Below are positions 17,345 to 24,289 of a DNA stretch of 32,000 nucleotides, piece after piece (within the stretch, counting starts at the first letter, position 1; each line of letters begins with the position of its first letter). The stretch is from an uncultured bacterium (lineage in GTDB: Bacteria; Auribacterota; Erginobacteria; Erginobacterales; Erginobacteraceae). The stretch is taken from assembly GCA_964465735.1 (NCBI GenBank), contig CAYXKT010000010.1, positions 2,925-34,924 of the forward strand. The letters run 5' to 3'. The position numbers were made by a program, and so were the translations under genes. The notes under the pieces were generated by a model, which did no database searches, was not told the DNA's origin, and was given only the letters and a program-made list of their open reading frames with translations.

Positions 17345-18097
17345 CTACTGCCGGCCGGCCAGGTAGGCGCGGAGTTTTTCCCGGACAATCTGGGAATTGT
17401 CGCCGGCCTGGATCGAGGCGATTCCCTCGATGATGATCTCGCGGGAGAGGGCCATATTGGTATTGTAGACCCGAATCTTCCCCGCTACCGGCATACAGAT
17501 CAACCCGGCGAAGAGGATCCCGTAAAAGGTGGTCATCAACGCGACCGACATATTCGGGGCGATGGTCGAAGGGTCGGTCAGAGTCCGCAGGAGCATAATC
17601 AACCCGATCAGGGTCCCGACCATCCCGTAAAGAGGAGCGTAAACCCCGACATCCCGCCAGAGTCGTTCGTCGGCGCCGATCTTCATCTGCAGATAGTCGG
17701 AGACGGTCTCCATAATTCCCCGGGTGATCCCGGGGTCAGTCCCGTCGGCCACCAGGTCAACCCCGATATCAAGCAGGGGGTAGCGGCCCTTGGTTGAGAG
17801 TTCCCGGATCGACATAAATCCTTCCTTCCGGGCCTTGACGGCCATCTCCACGATCAGGTTGATCACCGCTTCCGGGTCCATCACCGCCCCGACCAGAGTG
17901 AAGCGGAAGGCCTTTAAGCCGCTGATGATCTGGTAGAAGCTGAAGTTAATCATAATCGCGGCCGCCGTTCCCCCAAAGACGATGATCACCGACGGGAGGT
18001 TGAAAAAGTAGGGGAGCATCTCCGGTCCCCGGACGTAGATGGAGAGGAAGACGACGCTTACTCCGAGAATAAAACCGATTATGGTGCTGAGGCGCAT
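17345..18097 (-). CDS. motA: MotA/PomA-family stator subunit
   Basis: 250 aa. Two N-terminal TM helices are followed by a charged cytoplasmic loop (KARKEGFMSIREL). The C-terminal TM pair has conserved Pro contexts (YAPLYGMVGTLIG; ALMTTFYGILFAGLICMPVAGK). Confidence 0.9.
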   Translation of the reverse strand: MRLSTIIGFILGVSVVFLSIYVRGPEMLPYFFNLPSVIIVFGGTAAAIMINFSFYQIISGLKAFRFTLVGAVMDPEAVINLIVEMAVKARKEGFMSIRELSTKGRYPLLDIGVDLVADGTDPGITRGIMETVSDYLQMKIGADERLWRDVGVYAPLYGMVGTLIGLIMLLRTLTDPSTIAPNMSVALMTTFYGILFAGLICMPVAGKIRVYNTNMALSREIIIEGIASIQAGDNSQIVREKLRAYLAGRQ

Positions 18098-18103
18098 AGT
18101 TCT

Positions 18104-18310
18104 TTAACCTGTAGTTGGTTCAGGTTTAGGGGAGTTGATCTCCTGCTTGTAGCGGGTGACCTTGGTGATAATATCGTCAACCAGATCCCGGACAATATAT
18201 TGCTCCCCGGAGTTTAAGGTGATGATGGTGTCCGGCTTGGCTTCCAGCCGTTCGATCATCTCAGCGTTGATGATCAATTCCTGTCCGTTAAGCCTGGTCA
18301 GCTTGATCAT
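18104..18310 (-). CDS. flbD: FlbD-family small flagellar-type protein
   Basis: 68 aa. MIKLTRLNGQELIINAEMIERLEAKPDTIITLNSGEQYIVRDLVDDIITKV matches the FlbD pattern as I recall it. It sits directly upstream of motA, as in spirochaete and firmicute loci. TAATG overlap with the upstream gene. Confidence 0.8.
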   Translation of the reverse strand: MIKLTRLNGQELIINAEMIERLEAKPDTIITLNSGEQYIVRDLVDDIITKVTRYKQEINSPKPEPTTG

Positions 18311-20412
18311 TATTTCTTGGCGTTCTCCCCCGCCTCGTCCTGGAAGTGGGGGACGGTAACCAGTCCGTCGTGGGAAAGCTTGCGGATAACGGCGATAATT
18401 TCGTGTTGGGCGGACAGGGTCTTACTGGACAGCTTGCGCAGCACATCCATAATCTCTTCCTGGGCCTCGACCGCCCGGGAGTGGGGGATACCCCCCATCA
18501 CCGTCAGGTCTTCTTTGAGCATCGCCCCCGCCCGTTCGGTCAGGCCGGTAAAGAACTTGGTCTGGACTTCTTCCGACGAACCCCGCAACGCCATCTTTAA
18601 AGTGGTCCGTTCCACGGTCCGAAAAATTTCGTCGATAATCGATTGATCGACGGCCAGCATTGCTTCATTGAAGGGGAGTTCCTTCCCCTCTTCCTCAATC
18701 TGGACCTTTTTGACCGATTCCATATCTTCTTTCAGGCGGGAGCGGCCCTTGTCGGTCATATTTTTCATAAACTTCGAGCGGACATCTTCGGGGGCGTCAA
18801 CCAAAGCGGCACCCAGGACTTCGATATTCAAGTTGTGGATCAAGGTCTCCACATCCTTGTCCTGAAGAGTCTTGATGTCTTCGAAGAGGAACATCCGTTT
18901 TCTGACGTCGGTAGCCATCGCCGGATTATTGCTATCCATCTTCTCCAGCAGGACCTTGGCCATCGCGTAGCGGCTGGAGGAGAGCATATCCGCCAGGACC
19001 CGGACCCCGGTCACCGGCTGATAATCTTTCCTCAAGCGGACAATCTTCAGTTTTCTCTCGAGGAAGTCCTTGATCTCGTCGGCCATATCCTCTTCCTCGG
19101 TCAACTGAGTCATTGCTCGAGCCATCTCGAACTGCTTCTCCTCGTCGAGAGCCTCAAAGACCGAGGCCGACGTCTGGGCGTCGAGCTGGGAGAGGACCGC
19201 CGCCGCTAATTTCGGCTCCTCGTCCTTGATCAGAAGGATGATATCCTCCGGATCAGTGGTCTTGATGTATTTAAATGGCTGCTCAACCAGGCTGGGGGAT
19301 CGTTCCAACTGCTGGCTCATCAGTTCCTCGAGGTTGCCCAGGACCTGGATCACCTGCCCTCCACCCCCCCCGAAACCTCCGTCTCCGGAGGGCGCGGCGG
19401 CCGCGGCCGCCGCCGGCGGTGCTCCGGGAGCGGCCGCCGGAGCACCGGGTACACCCGGCGCGCCGCCGCCGCCCAATCCGCGTCTCCGCTGTTCATCGAG
19501 CAGATCGGAAAGGGTGTCTCTCATTTCGGTCAGCAGGACGTCGGATTCCTGGGCGGGGCTGCTTAAAAGATCCCGGATCTCTTCGAGGATCCCGACATCG
19601 ATCCTCCCTCCGCCGGACCCGCTCCCGACCTGCATTTCCATCAGTTCCTTGATCCCGGTCAGGGTGGCCTCCCGGGTATCGCTGGAGATCCCGGAGAGGG
19701 CCTTCTTCAGTTCTTCCAACTCCGCCTGCCGCTGCTTTCGCTCTTCTTCTGAGAGATGCATCCCGCCGGCGGCCGCGACACCGCTCTCGGGGCTGCCGGC
19801 CTTGACCTTCCGCATCGGAAAGTAGATGGCGGCGATCAGGATTAAAAGGGCAACCAGCGCGAGAATGGAGTAGAGCAGGTAGTTCTGCTGGGCGGCGGAG
19901 GGAGGAGAGAAATCTCCCCACTTCTTGGGGATGACCCGGACCGTATCCCCCCGGGCGGGATTGATCCGGGCCCAGCGGGTGATGGCTTCCTGGATCTGCC
20001 CCGGTTCATCCGGGGTCCCCAGATCCGAAGCCGAGAGTTTTTCATCAGCTTCGACCGTGATGTGGATGCTGGAGATTTGGGCGAACATCCCCCGACTGGC
20101 CGGCAGGGCCTGCTCTCTTTGTTCGGTCGTCGGGATCCGGACCCCCGGCAGTCGCTCCAGGACCCGGGCTGTGTCAGGATCCTGGAGGTCGAAACGATCG
20201 GAGAGGGTGACTTCCACACTGACAATACTCCGGTGGGGGCCAAGCATTGTGTTAAGATTATTCTGTAGAGAGGCTTCCAGGGCGGAGGCGATCTGGGTGG
20301 CGTCGCCCCGCTGGATGGTCTGGGCCCCGGTGGCCGGGATCAAAAGGAAAAAGCATAGGACCGGGAGAAAAATGTTCCCGGAGTTTCGGCTGAAGAAAGT
20401 TATCCTTGCCAT
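18310..20412 (-). CDS. Membrane-anchored FliF-like / FliG-like fusion protein (TM - ring-building periplasmic domain - TM - linker - FliG middle and C domains)
   Basis: 700 aa.
- Residues 1-30 form a signal or TM segment.
- Residues ~31-176 have FliF-like segments (LNTMLGPHRSIVSVEVTLSD; ISSIHITVEAD; NPARGDTVRVI just before the TM).
- TM2 spans residues 177-198.
- Residues 311-353 are a Gly/Ala/Pro low-complexity linker.
- Residues ~378-700 are FliG-like (PFKYIKTTDPEDIILLIKDEEPKLAAAVLSQL; MFLFEDI; torque-helix-like RSKFMKNMTDKGRSRLKEDM and QTKFFTGLTERAGAMLKEDL). Confidence 0.7.
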   Translation of the reverse strand: MARITFFSRNSGNIFLPVLCFFLLIPATGAQTIQRGDATQIASALEASLQNNLNTMLGPHRSIVSVEVTLSDRFDLQDPDTARVLERLPGVRIPTTEQREQALPASRGMFAQISSIHITVEADEKLSASDLGTPDEPGQIQEAITRWARINPARGDTVRVIPKKWGDFSPPSAAQQNYLLYSILALVALLILIAAIYFPMRKVKAGSPESGVAAAGGMHLSEEERKQRQAELEELKKALSGISSDTREATLTGIKELMEMQVGSGSGGGRIDVGILEEIRDLLSSPAQESDVLLTEMRDTLSDLLDEQRRRGLGGGGAPGVPGAPAAAPGAPPAAAAAAAPSGDGGFGGGGGQVIQVLGNLEELMSQQLERSPSLVEQPFKYIKTTDPEDIILLIKDEEPKLAAAVLSQLDAQTSASVFEALDEEKQFEMARAMTQLTEEEDMADEIKDFLERKLKIVRLRKDYQPVTGVRVLADMLSSSRYAMAKVLLEKMDSNNPAMATDVRKRMFLFEDIKTLQDKDVETLIHNLNIEVLGAALVDAPEDVRSKFMKNMTDKGRSRLKEDMESVKKVQIEEEGKELPFNEAMLAVDQSIIDEIFRTVERTTLKMALRGSSEEVQTKFFTGLTERAGAMLKEDLTVMGGIPHSRAVEAQEEIMDVLRKLSSKTLSAQHEIIAVIRKLSHDGLVTVPHFQDEAGENAKK

Positions 20413-21246
20413 TTATTCTGCCTCGTACTCAGGGGTGGCTTCCGGTTCCTCGACTTCTCCCCCGGTAAACTCATCTTCACTGACCGGAGAAGTATTCTCC
20501 GCCAGTTCCGGGTAACGGGGGACGAGGAGGACCATCCCCGGATAGATCAAGTCGGGGAGGAAGATCTGGTCCCGGTTGGCGTGATAGAGCAGAAGCCAGC
20601 GATAAGGGTCGTTATAGATCTCCTCACGGCCGGCGATCTTCCAGAGATTGTCATCTCTTCTGACCATATAAGTATATGTCGCGGCCCGCTCCACCGCCAT
20701 CCCCGACGGGGCCGGTCCAGGGGCAACCGCTCCATCCCCGATCCAGGCGGTGGCGGGTGGAGGCGCCATCTCTAATTCCTCGATCTGGAATTCCAGGGCC
20801 TCGATCTTCAGCGCCCGGTCATCGGCGATTTTTCGCAGGGAGGCCGCCTCTTCAGTCAGTCGGTCCCTTTCCCGGCGGAGGTGTTCGTTGGCGGCCACTT
20901 CATTGAGGAGTTCCTCCCGGATCTCCCGGCAGTCCTCTGAGGCAATTAAAAACTCCTCCCGGTCGATCTTCCGAGCCGGTCGGCGGCGGGTGAATTCATC
21001 GGACCGCGGGTTGATGAAGATATAACCCCGGTTTCCCCAATCCCGGACCGTCTCTCCCCCGTAGATTCCCGGTTGGGGACTGTAGGGATAATCGATTACC
21101 CCGGTGGTCCGACCCGATTTCTTCCAGACACTCTCCAATCCCGTGCGGTCGATATTTATCGACGACTGTCCGTGCAGCTGGGGGGGGGATAAAAATCCGG
21201 AGAAAAGGAAGATGGAAATTATGATTTCGAAGGATGTCTTGAGCAT
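20413..21246 (-). CDS. Secreted coiled-coil protein with C-terminal LysM peptidoglycan-binding domain
   Basis: 277 aa. It has a signal-like N-terminus (IIISIFLFSGFLSPPQLHGQ) and a central heptad-rich region (LRRERDRLTEEAASLRKIADDRALKIEALEFQIEELE). The LysM pattern is YTYMVRRDDNLWKIAG...YNDPYRWLLLYHANRDQIFLPDLIYPGMVLLVP, followed by an acidic tail. GGGGAGG RBS. Its stop abuts the start of the next gene. Confidence 0.8.
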   Translation of the reverse strand: MLKTSFEIIISIFLFSGFLSPPQLHGQSSINIDRTGLESVWKKSGRTTGVIDYPYSPQPGIYGGETVRDWGNRGYIFINPRSDEFTRRRPARKIDREEFLIASEDCREIREELLNEVAANEHLRRERDRLTEEAASLRKIADDRALKIEALEFQIEELEMAPPPATAWIGDGAVAPGPAPSGMAVERAATYTYMVRRDDNLWKIAGREEIYNDPYRWLLLYHANRDQIFLPDLIYPGMVLLVPRYPELAENTSPVSEDEFTGGEVEEPEATPEYEAE

Positions 21247-21404
21247 TGCCTGAAGCCTCCCCGATACTCCAATAATTTAAGTAGTGGAGGGGGGCAGGAT
21301 ATCGCTCCCTGTTCCGCTACCTGATGCCATCTCTAATTGTGTAATCTACATAAATCGGAATGTATTGTAAAGAGAACTTTTTTGCTGTTCAGCCGGGGAG
21401 CGAT

Positions 21405-21433
21405 TTGACAATCAAGAGAAAATTTGGTATTGT
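21405..21433 (+). promoter_or_regulatory. Sigma70-like promoter candidate for the 21518 gene
   Basis: TTGACA (21405-21410) is followed by a 17-nt spacer and TATTGT (21428-21433). A TG lies at the extended -10 position (TGGTATTGT). The region is a relatively AT-rich divergent intergenic spacer. Consensus rules may not transfer to this lineage. Confidence 0.45.
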
Positions 21434-21517
21434 CGGCTTGTCTGATATTCCGGCTCAGAAGATCAAAACCGGCCTCCCCTTTCTTCACCAAAATAGCATA
21501 ACACTACTGGACCGAAG

Positions 21518-22552
21518 ATGGAAAGAAAAAGTTTCGTCCGGATTTCCCTTCATCTGCTCTGGGGGATCTTGATCATAGTAGTTCTCCTCCTGTTTTTTCG
21601 GGAACGGTTGGGCCACCTGCCCGGTTTTTTCCGGCGACTGAAAAGGGAGCCCCAGGCCCTGGTCTCGGTCTTCAAGCCTCGGGAGATGGCCGGGGTCAGT
21701 TTCTCCTTCGCTGATCCGGAGGACCGGGCCGTCTGGAAGACCTCGGGATCCCGGCTGGAGGCCGTCCCCGCTTTCTTCGGGGCGGATGAAACCTGGGGTC
21801 GGGTTACCTATCAGCCTTCCGGTTCCCCGGGTTTGCTTTTGACCGATGAGACAATGGGGGTGATGGACTGGCGGGGGGCGGAGAGTCTCTCCTTCTCCGT
21901 CTATAACCCCCAGACCTGGTCGATCAACCTCAAGATCAAGGTCAAGGATACCTCCGGCCACAGTTTCCAGAGTGAACAGGAGATCCCTCCTCGGGTCCGG
22001 ACTGTGGTCACCATCCCGGTCCGGGATATCGCTTCCCGGCTTGATCTGAGCCGGGTCGGCTACCTGAATATCTTCCTCTGGGATCCGACTACCGCCACAG
22101 ATCTGTATCTGATTGACTTCGCCTTCCCCGCCCCTGGCCGGCCCTCTGTCCCTTCCGGCCTGGTCAAATTTATGGGGCTACAGTTTCCCTCCGTGCTTCG
22201 GCCGGGAGAGGAGGTTGAAGCAGTCTTTTATTTTCTCCCCAGTCGTCCGCTTGCCGCCGACAGTGTTCTTCTGATCCGGCTCCGCCGGGGCGAGGAGCTC
22301 TTCTCCCTGGTCCGGGTTGATCCGCCCACCCCGACCAGCCGCTGGCGACCCGGACGGTTGGCCAAGGTCGGGCCGTTCCCGGTGGAGATCCCCGCCGATC
22401 TCCATCCCGGCCGCTACGATCTGGAGGCGATCCTGGCCCAGCCGCTTTCCAGCGCCCGGGGCGAGGAGCTGGTCTTTCAGCCCTACCAGAACCCGGAAAT
22501 TCTTGGTTTCAAGGTCTCGGAAATAAATGTGACCGGTGAGGGAGGGATGTGA
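21518..22552 (+). CDS. Hypothetical membrane-anchored protein (CBM-like beta-sandwich plus 'PGxYD' beta-sandwich domain)
   Basis: 344 aa with an N-terminal TM helix (LHLLWGILIIVVLLLFF). The central and C-terminal regions are paralogous to the next gene (LHPGRYDLEAILA...FQPYQNPEILGFKVSEINV versus EPGEYDIRAGLL...REPYLNPEIENFIIGRLTV). A promoter-like element lies upstream. Confidence 0.6.
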   Translation: MERKSFVRISLHLLWGILIIVVLLLFFRERLGHLPGFFRRLKREPQALVSVFKPREMAGVSFSFADPEDRAVWKTSGSRLEAVPAFFGADETWGRVTYQPSGSPGLLLTDETMGVMDWRGAESLSFSVYNPQTWSINLKIKVKDTSGHSFQSEQEIPPRVRTVVTIPVRDIASRLDLSRVGYLNIFLWDPTTATDLYLIDFAFPAPGRPSVPSGLVKFMGLQFPSVLRPGEEVEAVFYFLPSRPLAADSVLLIRLRRGEELFSLVRVDPPTPTSRWRPGRLAKVGPFPVEIPADLHPGRYDLEAILAQPLSSARGEELVFQPYQNPEILGFKVSEINVTGEGGM

Positions 22553-22614
22553 TACATTTTACCCTGGCGGGGACAGAATGAATATCCGACAAGAAACATC
22601 CAATGAAGAAGGGG

Positions 22615-22640
22615 AGACGGTCCGCTCTGCGGGACCGTCT
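22615..22640 (+). terminator. GC-rich hairpin downstream of 21518-22552
   Basis: AGACGGTCC (22615-22623) pairs perfectly with GGACCGTCT (22632-22640) around an 8-nt loop. It lies about 60 nt after the stop. The 3' tail (GGTTATCTCC) is only weakly U-rich, so intrinsic-terminator function is uncertain. Confidence 0.4.
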
Positions 22641-22801
22641 GGTTATCTCCGCCGTCTTGATTATTTGACAGAAATAGTGGGTGACAATCTGTCAGTGTGA
22701 GCTATAGATTTTAGCCGCGAGTTAAGTGTGGCGGGAAGTAGTCTCAATTTATTGACAGGCAGATAAGCTGTCAGAACACCGGAAAAACCGAGGATAAAGT
22801 T

Positions 22802-24289
22802 ATGAAAAAAACCGTCTCTTCTGCCGCCCTTTTTGCCGCGTTTCTTTCTCTCTTCTCCCTCCCCGCGCTTTTTGGGCAGGGATATGGCTCTTATCGGACC
22901 GAGGTCCGGGAAGGTGATCCGAGACTGCAACTGGTCAGTTTCAGTCTCCCGACCGAGATCCCCCAGGGAGAACTGATCAGCGGCAGCCTCTTCTTCAAGG
23001 CGACCCGGCCCCTGGAAGAGAACCTGAAAGTATTTTTTCATCTGGTCCGCCCCGGCCAAACCAAGACCGTCCTCAACGGCGACTTCTCTCCTCCCAACTC
23101 CACCCGGCTCTGGGATGTCAACCAGGTGGTGGAGGCGGGTCCTTTCGAACTGTCGGTCCCCTTTAACCTGGAGCCGGGCGAATACGATATCCGGGCCGGA
23201 CTGCTCCAGATTGTTCGGGAGGAGGATCTGGTCCGCTATATCCGGGAGCCATACCTCAACCCGGAGATTGAAAATTTTATTATCGGCCGGCTGACGGTCC
23301 AGGGGACGGAGAGGGCCGATCTCTCGGGTCCCTCTGAGCTTGATCTGATCGCCTTCGACAACGAGGAGGAGATCATCTTCTGGGAGGCCTCGGGGGCGAA
23401 GATGGAGTTTGCCGGCTACTCCGAGGAAGGGGAAGAGACGGTCTCCGCCGTCCGGGCTACCATCCTCCCCGGGATTGTTGAGTACCCGGGGGTGAGTCTG
23501 CAGAATTTTTTTAATCTCTTGCCCGCTCGGTCCGACTGGTCACTTTACGATACTCTCCGTCTCCACCTCTCTCTTCCGCCGGGAGACTCGGCCGGTCAGC
23601 TGCGGCTTTTGATTGAAGACCGGGCCGGGCGGCGTTATGAGTCCAACATAACCGTCTCCCCGGGCCGGACCAAGCGGCTCAATCTCTCCACGGTCGATCT
23701 CAGCGGTTCGATCAATGTCTCCGCGATCCGCCGAATGAAGCTTTACCGGGTCAACCCGACCTCAGCTTTCACCTTCTACATCTCCCACCTCCAGCTGATC
23801 TCCCGGGGCCAGCCGACCGGGAAACCGGCGTTGACTTTTGTTCGGATGGAGGCGCCCGATCAGGTCCGGCGGGGCCGCCCCTTCCAGATCCGGTTCTTCT
23901 TCAGCATCGACCAGCCGATCTTCCAGAGTCATAAGCTCTTTACTCACATCTACCGGGTCAACGATATGGCCGGGAAGGCCACCTCGGATATCTCTCTTCC
24001 CCAGCCGATCCGGAACTGGCGGCTGGGCGAGGAGATAGCGGTTGATTCCGGCCCCCTGATGATCTCCACTGATGGCCCCCCCGGAACCTATGTGGTTCGG
24101 GCCGGGCTTTATGTCGTCGCCGACAGCTCCGGCCGGGGCTATGTCAAGGTCGATGACTGGTTGGCCTATGACAGCAGCCAGGAGGTGATCAACATTATCC
24201 AGCCGGATGGACCGGTCGATTACATCAAGCAGCCCTATACCAACTCCGATATCCAGAACTGGGAGGTGGGGACGATCACGGTCGAATGA
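22802..24289 (+). CDS. Hypothetical secreted protein (domain X - CBM-like - domain X)
   Basis: 495 aa. It has a signal peptide (AALFAAFLSLFSLPALFGQ) and a GAGGA RBS 7 nt upstream. Two copies of the 'PGxY..AGL...PY.N..I....G.ITV' domain flank a central CBM-like segment. Confidence 0.65.
   Translation: MKKTVSSAALFAAFLSLFSLPALFGQGYGSYRTEVREGDPRLQLVSFSLPTEIPQGELISGSLFFKATRPLEENLKVFFHLVRPGQTKTVLNGDFSPPNSTRLWDVNQVVEAGPFELSVPFNLEPGEYDIRAGLLQIVREEDLVRYIREPYLNPEIENFIIGRLTVQGTERADLSGPSELDLIAFDNEEEIIFWEASGAKMEFAGYSEEGEETVSAVRATILPGIVEYPGVSLQNFFNLLPARSDWSLYDTLRLHLSLPPGDSAGQLRLLIEDRAGRRYESNITVSPGRTKRLNLSTVDLSGSINVSAIRRMKLYRVNPTSAFTFYISHLQLISRGQPTGKPALTFVRMEAPDQVRRGRPFQIRFFFSIDQPIFQSHKLFTHIYRVNDMAGKATSDISLPQPIRNWRLGEEIAVDSGPLMISTDGPPGTYVVRAGLYVVADSSGRGYVKVDDWLAYDSSQEVINIIQPDGPVDYIKQPYTNSDIQNWEVGTITVE

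Noticed and set aside
16393-17433. 346-aa + strand ORF covering the motB paralog 1 region
   Set aside because: It lies antisense to a gene with clear MotB motifs. Its translation is Gly/Pro/Arg-rich low-complexity sequence typical of spurious frames in GC-rich DNA, and I recognise no family.
15639-18097. MotA/MotB-like genes as a Zorya-type (ZorAB) anti-phage system
   Set aside because: No ZorC/ZorD-like or other large effector genes are adjacent. MotA is of normal length and lacks the long ZorA tail. The neighbours FlbD and a FliG-like protein point to a flagellar-type stator lineage.
15639-18097. The same genes as ExbB/ExbD or TolQ/TolR
   Set aside because: The B subunits carry OmpA-like peptidoglycan-binding domains and the MotB-type YSD...FF TM motif. 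The A subunit has the four-TM MotA layout with a large charged cytoplasmic loop. No TonB, TolA or Pal genes are nearby.
19226-19825. 199-aa + strand ORF rich in Pro/Ala/Ser opposite the fusion-protein linker
   Set aside because: It is the antisense reading of the Gly/Ala/Pro low-complexity tract and has no independent coding evidence.
15639-21246. Motor operon as a recently acquired mobile island
   Set aside because: I saw no integrase, transposase, tRNA or flanking direct repeats. By eye, base composition and codon style match the flanking EPS genes. Horizontal origin cannot be excluded without computation.
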